Below are positions 1 through 7,700 of a DNA stretch of 32,113 nt, in pieces. Origin of the DNA: Bacteroidales bacterium. Lineage in GTDB: Bacteria; Bacteroidota; Bacteroidia; Bacteroidales; PUMT01. The stretch spans positions 1 through 32,113 of the forward strand of contig SLOS01000409.1 of the NCBI GenBank assembly GCA_007132365.1, read 5' to 3'. The notes under the pieces were generated by a model that saw nothing but the letters and a program-made list of their open reading frames with translations, was not told the origin of the DNA and did not search any database. The translations under genes and the position numbers were made by a program. Numbering within the stretch: position 1 is the first letter of the stretch; every line of letters begins with the position of its first letter.

Positions 1-875
1 CGGTCATAGTACCGGTCCACTTTAAGGCGCATGGACAAAGCCTGAATTATCATACCTCCGATCATTGCAAGAGGGAAAAGCGGGAAACCCTCCACTACGG
101 GATGTATCTGCCGTACACCTGCAAGCATCAGCCAGCCGACCAGTATAGCCAGTCCCACAACAGCAAAATGAAAAGCCATTGGTTCTATTGATTCGGAGGC
201 AACCGTGGCCATCGAATTTGGGTACCTGTACTTTTCAGGAATCAGTCCCCGCTTCTTATATTCCGGAATGCCCTTTGATTCATCCAAATTAACGCAGTAT
301 CCCTTGCGAATGGCGATGTTTATATAAAAAATACCGCCAACAACAGCTATAATAATACCGACCGTGGCTGACATCTGTGCCAGGTCGGCACCTTCCGGGA
401 ACCCGATCTGTTCAAACACACTGCGCATACCGGCGGCAGTTCCATGTCCCCCTGCAAACCCTATTTCAAGAATGGTCGCAAAAACCGGTGATACATCAAA
501 AAAAGGGATCAGCACCAGAACCGTAATCAGCAATGCAAAGAAATACTGTCCGGCACCTGCTATCATTCCAAAGCAAAGCTGGCTTCCTCCCTGTGACCAT
601 AAAACCTTTAGTCCCGGCACCGCAAGCCCGAGAAACAGGGTTGCAAAAACAAAGTTGATAAGGATACCGGGAATCTCCCTCCAGGTATCCAGTATGAAAG
701 GTGGCAGGATATCGGCAATAAAGGGTCCGCAAAACAAGGCCAGGAAGCCCCCTATAATTGATGCGGGCAGAAAGATCCTCTGGAAAAGCCTTATTTTTAC
801 CCGCAGGATTTTCCCCGCGAGGAGAAAGATGCAAAGGATACAAATGCTGAAAAATACTCCTGTCAATCCATCCAT
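1..875 (-). CDS. GltS-family sodium/glutamate (amino-acid) symporter, 3' end runs off the window
   Basis: Not in the ORF track; translated by hand from the ATG at 875: MDGLTGVFFSICILCIFLLAGKILRVKIRLFQRIFLPASIIGGFLALFCGP...EIPGILINFVFATLFLG...ILEIGFAGGHGTAAGMRSVFEQIGFPEGADLAQMSATVGIIIAVVGG. It has many TM segments, the LPASIIGG motif and the GltS-family GFxGGHGTAA motif. Confidence 0.88.
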   Translation of the reverse strand, partial: MDGLTGVFFSICILCIFLLAGKILRVKIRLFQRIFLPASIIGGFLALFCGPFIADILPPFILDTWREIPGILINFVFATLFLGLAVPGLKVLWSQGGSQLCFGMIAGAGQYFFALLITVLVLIPFFDVSPVFATILEIGFAGGHGTAAGMRSVFEQIGFPEGADLAQMSATVGIIIAVVGGIFYINIAIRKGYCVNLDESKGIPEYKKRGLIPEKYRYPNSMATVASESIEPMAFHFAVVGLAILVGWLMLAGVRQIHPVVEGFPLFPLAMIGGMIIQALSMRLKVDRYYD

Positions 876-985
876 TGTATAAATTTATATGGCAAAGAAA
901 ATGAAAAATGGAGATTTGACAAGCAGCAGCTTTTTTTTATTTAACAATATTTTACAATATTATTACCTGGTTAACCGGCAAAATA

Positions 986-2020
986 TCAGATCAGTTCAAT
1001 GCCGTCATCTTTCAGATTTTCCCGCATTGCTTCAGGCCAGACACTGGCCTGGACCTCTCCGACATGATGCTTGCGAAGCAGGAACATACAAACTCTTGAC
1101 TGACCAATGCCTCCGCCCATTGTCTGGGGTAGTTTGCCAGAAAGTAAAAGTCTGTGAAACAACAACTCTTTGCGATCCAGGCAATTTCTCTTTTCAAGCT
1201 GACGCAAAAGTGCACTTTCATCAACCCTTATTCCCATTGAGGATAATTCAAACGCCGATTGTATAATGGGGTTCCAAACGATAATATCGCCGTTGAGACC
1301 TTTGTACTGGTGTCCGGCAGGAGTGCTCCAGTCGTCATAATCAGGTGCCCGCCCGTCATGAATGCTCCCCCCTGGAAGCTCTCCCCCTATGCCTGTCAGG
1401 AAAAATGCCCCGTATTCACGGGCAGCTTCTGTTTCACGCTGTCTGGGCGTGAGTTCAGGATATCTGAGGAGCAGATCTTCGGAGTGGATAAATTTAATTT
1501 CCTCAGGCAATATCGGTTCTATATCGGGATATTTTGCCGATACGGCTTTTTCTGTATCCCGCAGGGCCTTATAGATTCTCTTAACGGTATCTTTAAGGTA
1601 ATGCAGATTCCTTTGTTCTCTTGTAATAACCTTTTCCCAGTCCCATTGATCAACAAAAACAGAGTGAAGGGGGCCCATATCCTCATCGGGCCTCAGTGCT
1701 TTCATATCAGTGATTATGCCCTCTCCCGGATTGATACCAAGTTGTGCCAGCCTGTATCGTTTCCATTTTGCGAGGGACTGGACCACGCTGATCTTTTGAG
1801 ATGGCATATCCCTTATAATCAGTGAAACAGGTCTTTCTATCCCGTTCAGATCATCATTTATTCCTGTATCTTCTGCAACTATCAGAGGGGCTACGACCCT
1901 TAAAAGTTGCAGCTGCTGGCTGAGTAATCCGGAAAAAGTTGTTTTAATCAGATCTATGGCCTTTTCTGTTTCAAGCTGGTCAATCAGTTGAGAGGTTCTT
2001 TCCTTTTGTGCGATTTCCAT
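986..2020 (-). CDS. asnA: Aspartate--ammonia ligase (asparagine synthetase A)
   Basis: AsnA motifs: VVQSLAKWKR, GEGIITDMKALRPDED, HSVFVDQWDWEKVI, HDGRAPDYDDW, GLNGDI, FELSSMGIRVD, LPQTMGGGIGQSR. Confidence 0.98.
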   Translation of the reverse strand: MEIAQKERTSQLIDQLETEKAIDLIKTTFSGLLSQQLQLLRVVAPLIVAEDTGINDDLNGIERPVSLIIRDMPSQKISVVQSLAKWKRYRLAQLGINPGEGIITDMKALRPDEDMGPLHSVFVDQWDWEKVITREQRNLHYLKDTVKRIYKALRDTEKAVSAKYPDIEPILPEEIKFIHSEDLLLRYPELTPRQRETEAAREYGAFFLTGIGGELPGGSIHDGRAPDYDDWSTPAGHQYKGLNGDIIVWNPIIQSAFELSSMGIRVDESALLRQLEKRNCLDRKELLFHRLLLSGKLPQTMGGGIGQSRVCMFLLRKHHVGEVQASVWPEAMRENLKDDGIELI

Positions 2021-2043
2021 GATTTAAGTATTTGTTTTATTCT

Positions 2044-2074
2044 AAAAAAAAACCCTCCGTTTTGCGGAGGGTTT
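2044..2074 (-). terminator. Intrinsic terminator (attenuator 3:4 hairpin) in the asnA leader
   Basis: Minus strand reads AAACCCTCCG-CAAAA-CGGAGGGTTT-TTTTTT: a perfect 10-bp stem with a run of 9 U, ending 23 nt before the asnA ATG. Confidence 0.92.
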
Positions 2075-2099
2075 CTGTGTTTTGTTTTTGGGTTCCAGT

Positions 2100-2189
2100 T
2101 TAAAGCTTACACATAATAACCTCCGTCCTTCTGAACTGATTATTGTTCAAAGGATTATTATTGAGGTTAAAATTATTTATTACGTACAT
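2100..2189 (-). CDS. Asn-rich leader peptide of asnA (putative asnL), 29 aa: MYVINNFNLNNNPLNNNQFRRTEVIMCKL
   Basis: ATG at 2189-2187 and TAA at 2102-2100. Codons 5-17 include 9 Asn (7 AAT, 2 AAC). It lies between a consensus promoter and the terminator, directly upstream of the Asn synthetase. In-frame ATGs also occur at 2201 and 2210. Confidence 0.85.
   Translation of the reverse strand: MYVINNFNLNNNPLNNNQFRRTEVIMCKL
2117..2169 (-). promoter_or_regulatory. Attenuator protector (1:2) hairpin containing the antiterminator segment
   Basis: On the minus strand, TAACCTC (2169-2163) pairs with GAGGTTA (2123-2117). TCCTTTGAAC (2154-2145) pairs with GTTCAGAAGGA (2136-2126) with one bulge. CGGAGG (2125-2120) can instead pair with CCTCCG (2070-2065) in the terminator 5' arm. 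Confidence 0.75.
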
Positions 2190-2211
2190 GTTGTATAACA
2201 TATTAATCATG

Positions 2212-2242
2212 CAAACATACTATCTATTTTTTAATAATCAAA
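2212..2242 (-). promoter_or_regulatory. Bacteroidota primary-sigma promoter for the asn leader/asnA
   Basis: Minus strand TTTG (2242-2239), 19 nt spacer, TATGTTTG (2219-2212): an exact match to the -33/-7 consensus TTTG-N19-21-TAnnTTTG. Confidence 0.8.
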
Positions 2243-2289
2243 AATTATTGATTTAAATTATCTTTTCCGGTTAAACTACGAATGGTTTT

Positions 2290-4695
2290 TTAGAACGGGT
2301 ATCCGATTGCAAGATTAAGTATCAGATTATCCCTTCTCCAGGAAGAATCAAATGGCCTTACCGGTCCGAAGTAACTTCCAGTCTCATGCAATGTGCGGGG
2401 ATCGGCCAGCGGGAAGGCCAGGTCGAGCCGCAGCAGGAAAAAGTTGAAATCCAGCCTTAATCCAATTCCTGTTCCAAGTGCCACTTGCTTCAGGAAGTCG
2501 GGGGACCTGAATTTTCCACCCGGAACTTCCTCCTGCTCCCTCAGATTCCATATGTTCCCTGCATCTGCAAAAACAGCGCCCTTAAATATACTGCTGATAT
2601 CAAAGCGGTACTCCAGGTTCATTTCAAGTTTTATTTCCCCACCCTGGTAGATATTCAGGACTGTTCCATCTCTGTCCACAGGAGAGTAGGTTCCCGGGCC
2701 CAGTGTCCGGGGATGGAATGCCCGGATACTGTGGCTGCCGCCTGTTATGAATTGTTTGGTGTAGGGCAGGAATTCGGAATTGCCGTAGGGCACCCCGATA
2801 CCTGCTATAAGCCGTGTGGCAATGGTGCCGGTGTTTCCTGTTTCAATGGAATAACGGATTTCGGTGAGGATTTTTGTAAACTGGGAAAATCCCTGGCTTA
2901 AAATAGTATATTCACCCTTGTCATCCAAACTCCCCAGTCCCAGATTATGAAGGAACAGCCATGGCATATTACCTGCCAGGTCAAGGTTTAAATTGATAAA
3001 CCAGTTATGGTTACTGTTTTCAGTCAATTTGGAATTGTAAGTATATGAATACTCCGATCCCAGCATAAACTGTTCAAAAAGGCCCCTTCTGATGAGCAGC
3101 TCCCTGGGAAACTCTTCACCGAATTCCTCTGCTATAGTTCCCAGGAAAAAGGCATTGAAGGCAAATGGTGTGAATCTGAGCTGGGTGCTGATATAGGGAT
3201 TCAGTACATATCCGAATTCCGATCTGATGGTTGAAAGGCTGAAGGCATCGGTACGGTTGAGGTAATTGAAAGACACCGACATCCTTGTCCTCGGAGTAAA
3301 CCGGGGACGTATCCTGACTATATCAAACGGGATCACCAGGCGGTGTATGCTCAGCTCTGACAGGATCCCTGCCTCGTACATATTGATCCCCCTTTGGCTT
3401 GTAAGTGTTTCAAATGCGCCATTCAGCTGCACGGTGAGGTTCTCTGCCCCGCCGCGTAAGTTTCGGTTGCTGAACGAGGTGGTAAAACCGGGGCCTGCAA
3501 AATTATTTGATTTTGAAACACCTTTCAGTTCGGCACTCAGAGCCATCTGTTCCCTTGGAGTAAGTATTATCCGGGCATCCAGATAATTGTTGGCCGGATT
3601 ATTGTTTTCCCTGTCCTGCACCCTGTCGAAACGGATATTTACAAACCTGAAAACCCTCATGCTCATCAGATGGCTGATGGTAAGGAGATGATCTTCATAA
3701 TTGTATGCCCTGTCTTTTTCAAGGAAGATTGCCCGGAGCATGGTTTGAGGTTTCAGAATATCCCGGTCCGGACGGGTGAAAATTCCATCGCTTATCTGAA
3801 CTTTTTCAGCGGTCCCGGTCTCTTTATCCCTTTGGCCCGTCCGTCCGGTCTCAATAATTATGTTCCTGATTTTATAGCTCACCAGCGCTCTGGGTGGTGC
3901 ATCCTCCAGAATGCTCAGATGCAGGTCCACCTCCCTTGTACCTGCTGTACTGTCGGCCCTGAAGAGAATATAGTCGGGGTAAAAGTAATAATACCCCTTT
4001 CCCTTCAGGTAACCGTCAATCCTCTCCCTTTCCTTTTTCAGTATATCCAGTCTGAAAATATCTCCGCTATGTAAAATAGTTTCTTTCATTGAAAGGTTTA
4101 TCTCTTTGGCAATGGGTTTATTTTCCTCCAGAAGTGTTATGTTCCTTATTCTGTAAGCGGGCCTCAGCCGGACATTGAAGTCCACTTCTGTCTTTTTCCG
4201 CCTTTCCCTGAGGCTGTAGTCAACCGAGGCATCAAAATGGCCCATATTGAAAATGCGGTTTTCAATCAACTCGGCGACCCTTTGGATATTGAAATCCTGA
4301 ATAAGCACCGGTGGTCTTCCGGCTTCATTTTGCAACCAGTCCCCTATATTCCATAAAGAGACCTCTCCGCCTATATTATAAAGCCAAAGGCGGGGTCTCC
4401 AGAAGAGGAATCTGCTGTTGGGCCCGGGTCTGATCACCCCTTCTGCCTCTCTTATTATTTCTCTTTCATTCTTTATTGGCTCCCGGGATTCGAGTTTTAC
4501 CCGGCTTCCTGTATAAAGACTCTGATCATCTTCAAGGTACCTCAGGTTGGAACATCCTGTTGTCAGGAAAGCTGCCGGAATGATCAGCAAAAGGAATATT
4601 CTGCCTGTATATGCTATATCTTTACAGAAGCCATGGTCCCGGACCGTCTCCGAACCATGAGATCCATCTGCCCTGTGCCTTTTAATGTTGACCAT
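2290..4695 (-). CDS. tamL: Omp85/TamA-family outer-membrane lipoprotein (TamL-like)
   Basis: Hydrophobic signal with lipobox-like LTTG-C, POTRA-like N-terminal region, and barrel motifs GGSHSIRAF (VRGF-like loop), EYRF, FADAGNIW, GIGLRLD and LRLDLAFP. It ends in AIGYPF and sits directly downstream of tamB. Confidence 0.85.
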   Translation of the reverse strand: MVNIKRHRADGSHGSETVRDHGFCKDIAYTGRIFLLLIIPAAFLTTGCSNLRYLEDDQSLYTGSRVKLESREPIKNEREIIREAEGVIRPGPNSRFLFWRPRLWLYNIGGEVSLWNIGDWLQNEAGRPPVLIQDFNIQRVAELIENRIFNMGHFDASVDYSLRERRKKTEVDFNVRLRPAYRIRNITLLEENKPIAKEINLSMKETILHSGDIFRLDILKKERERIDGYLKGKGYYYFYPDYILFRADSTAGTREVDLHLSILEDAPPRALVSYKIRNIIIETGRTGQRDKETGTAEKVQISDGIFTRPDRDILKPQTMLRAIFLEKDRAYNYEDHLLTISHLMSMRVFRFVNIRFDRVQDRENNNPANNYLDARIILTPREQMALSAELKGVSKSNNFAGPGFTTSFSNRNLRGGAENLTVQLNGAFETLTSQRGINMYEAGILSELSIHRLVIPFDIVRIRPRFTPRTRMSVSFNYLNRTDAFSLSTIRSEFGYVLNPYISTQLRFTPFAFNAFFLGTIAEEFGEEFPRELLIRRGLFEQFMLGSEYSYTYNSKLTENSNHNWFINLNLDLAGNMPWLFLHNLGLGSLDDKGEYTILSQGFSQFTKILTEIRYSIETGNTGTIATRLIAGIGVPYGNSEFLPYTKQFITGGSHSIRAFHPRTLGPGTYSPVDRDGTVLNIYQGGEIKLEMNLEYRFDISSIFKGAVFADAGNIWNLREQEEVPGGKFRSPDFLKQVALGTGIGLRLDFNFFLLRLDLAFPLADPRTLHETGSYFGPVRPFDSSWRRDNLILNLAIGYPF

Positions 4696-4734
4696 GCTGT
4701 TTAATGTATTCCTCTATACAACTATATAGCAAAA

Positions 4735-7700
4735 TCAGTCTTCCCTGCGTCTGATTATATCCCTGAACCTGTTAAAGTTCCTTGAAATAATAAGAGAAAT
4801 TCCGGTCTCTATGACTTCACTCTCGAAGAGATCGTTGAAATTGGTATTTCTAAATCCCTTAAGAATCAGATTTCCTTCAGGGGTGATCAGGTACTCCATG
4901 GTAAAGTCACCGGCAATATCACCGGCCCTTGTTTCCCGGTGAGCTTCATCCTCCAGTTCAATATTACCAGCCACGGTAAACCTGATACGGTCATCGAAAA
5001 AATTCCTTGACACCTCCATCTGCAATTCTGTCCTTCCCACTGTTTCATCCCCGATATATTGCTCATAGGAGTCGATTTCGAAGCTTATGTTAACCCCTTT
5101 CACATAGCGATCTGCCATACGGTTCAGCTGTTGGGTAAGAAGGCGGCTTCCCGATGATCTGGCAGTGGCCTCTATACCCCCGGCCCCGGGCCGGTCAAGA
5201 GGGTTTTCCTGGAGGAAACTTCCCAGTAACAGGAGGGAAATAACCTGTTTATTGAGTTCTGATTCGTTTTGGTTTATTTCGTTTATCCTGGCCATTAACG
5301 ATCCGTCAAGTGCCATCTCGTGGCCCGGAGGCATGTCAAGTCTGAAACTGATCCTTGGGGTCAACAGATCGCCGTCAAGGTTAAGATATACCAGAAAGGG
5401 GAACTGCTGCCTGAGCCTTCCGGCCTGGATCTGGTCGCCCTCTACATGTGTTCTCATGAGCTCCCGGGGACTGGTATTAAGGGAGTAGATGGCCGTTATG
5501 TCAAGTTCTGCCTCAATTGGATCACCTGTCCACATAATAGTGCTTCCGGGTTCAATCCTGAAATCCCTCCTTATAACATCATAGAAGGTCAGAAAGTAAT
5601 TACCTTCCTGGATCTCGAAGGCTCCCGTCAGACCTATTCGTCCGGCGGGATCTATTTCCAGCACCAGGTCACCGCCCCCCTTTATTTCAAGGTTGTCACC
5701 GGCAATTTCGTCTATGATAACCTTCAGCCCGGTTTGCCTGTCAAGCTCCACATTAAGTCTGAGATCTATTCCCTGCAGTTCTGAGGTCAGCTCATCGGGT
5801 GAGGGTTCCAATTGTGCCAGCTGAAAAAAATCAGGTTCTTCCACCTGAATGAATTTTACTATTCCCTCCTGTGCAATAATCTGTGGATCAGTCTGGGGAA
5901 CGATAAAGGTGAATCTGGAGCCATCCATGAGTTTCAAATTACCTTCAATTGAGGGACCAGTAAGGTCACCTCTGAGTTGCAGGTCACTGTCCATCAGTAT
6001 TCTTCCATGGTACATATCCTGTTGTCCCGCCTGTAAATCCATCAGAAGAAAGTTTTTGCTCACCAGGTTGAGATTAAAAATGAAATTTTCCAGGCCGGGA
6101 AAATCCAGTGTGCCGTCAACAACCGCCTGCCGTCCCCTTGAATCTGTTATAGTAAAATCCTGGAGGCTGATGCTTTGATCGCTGAACTCTATTTTCTGAT
6201 TTTCTATTTCATAGCCTGCATTTAATTGCAGTACCCTGAAGGAGGTTTCGTGAAAATTAAGATCTCCGTTGAATTCAGGATTTTCGGGCGTGCCGGTAAA
6301 ACGGATTTTACCGTGAACAAAACCGCTCATTTCACTCAGGTGTTCCCTCAGGAAACCTTCAAGCAGATTTATATCCAACCTTTCAATTTCCAGGTCAATA
6401 TCAAAACCAGCCTCTCCGGAGATATATTCCCCCTCGGCGGATAGCTCCGACTCCTTATGTTTCAGGAATGCAGAAAGGAAATAATGACCTGGCTGGATAT
6501 CCCCGGCATGCAGTGTTATCAGCTCAACTCTTTCACCGGCCCATGTAATGTCCGCTATATTCATGTCCGCTATAAAGCTGGTTTCGCTGTAAATATCCCG
6601 TATTGTAATAACCCCGTTGATAATCCCCCCAATATATGGTGATTCATTGTCCATAAAACCGGTCAGCCGGTGAAGGTCAAACTCCGAAAAGTTTATTTCC
6701 AGTACATTTTCATGCTCCTCTGATTCGGTTGAGTGGACTGACAGGATGCTGCCCCTGTCCTCCAGGATCAAATCTGTAACCTTCAGGTATCCTTCTCCCA
6801 GCTCAATCCTGTTTCCGGAGTCAATATTCCATTTTTCTCCGTTAAGAATAAGTTTATCACTGTCCACCGATATATGATATAACTCCTCCCTGCTTTCAAT
6901 AACCGACCTGATGAAAAAAAGTTCCTTTTGGCCTTCGTCATTGAAAGAAAGTGACAGATCCAGGATTTCATCAAACAGCCCTCCGCTTAGTTCAAAACTG
7001 TAAATGCTGGTATGGTTGAACCCTACGGTGTCAAGAAGCACCCTGAAGTCCATTTTCTTTGGATCTGAGTCAATTGTTAACTCAATGTTCCGGAAGTCTG
7101 TTCCCGAATATATGAATTCCTCCATAGAGGCATTGAAAGTAAGTTTCTGCTCCCTGCTGTTGTATTGAACTGAAGCTGACAGGGTATCATACTTGTCAAT
7201 ACCGGGAAACAAAACCATGTTTATAAGATCGTCAGGTAAAAGTGTTATTTCGAAACTGAAATTTTTAAACTGGTCCGTGATCTCTTCCTGACCTTCGTTC
7301 AGGCCGTTATCCTCGATTTTCTCCCGGCTCCCATTGAAGTCGTTATCCGCGATCTCTTCCTGGTTCCCGTTCAGGACGTTATCCACATCTGGTTCGGGAT
7401 CGTCGTCCGTTGCCGGTGAGAGATCATGAACAGTAAAATAGTCGCCGAAATGCCCCGCCAGTGCACCGGGTATATCAACGGGTGTAAAATTACCATTATA
7501 ACCGGCAGTAAGGAACTCAGAGCTGATATCCAGGGAATAGGCCCCGGACCGGGATTCTGATTTGACAGTCATTTCAGGTATACTGTATGTTGCCTCACCG
7601 GTTGCAATATTAGTGTTTGAAAAAGTTATATTTCCATTGAAAAAATCTTCCGGGTAAAAAGTGATATCTGCCTCAATGGATGAACCAACCATCAGCTCCT

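Noticed and set aside
364-882. ORF-track entries 364..882 (+) and 496..843 (-)
   Set aside because: They are antisense and alternate-frame shadows of the real GltS-family gene starting at 875 (-), which the track missed because it has no stop inside the window.
2044-2210. T-box or metabolite riboswitch as the explanation for the asnA leader terminator
   Set aside because: No T-box GGUGGNACC motif or recognisable aptamer. The leader is short and is fully explained by the Asn-rich uORF and its alternative helices.
2190-2210. Longer leader peptides from in-frame ATGs at 2210 or 2201
   Set aside because: The ATG at 2210 is immediately adjacent to the -7 box, likely upstream of the TSS. The ATG at 2201 would leave only a few nt of 5' UTR. 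2189 is preferred, though 2201 is not excluded.
7279-7386. 36-bp repeats as a CRISPR array
   Set aside because: They are directly tandem with no spacers, degenerate, in frame within tamB, and no cas genes are present.
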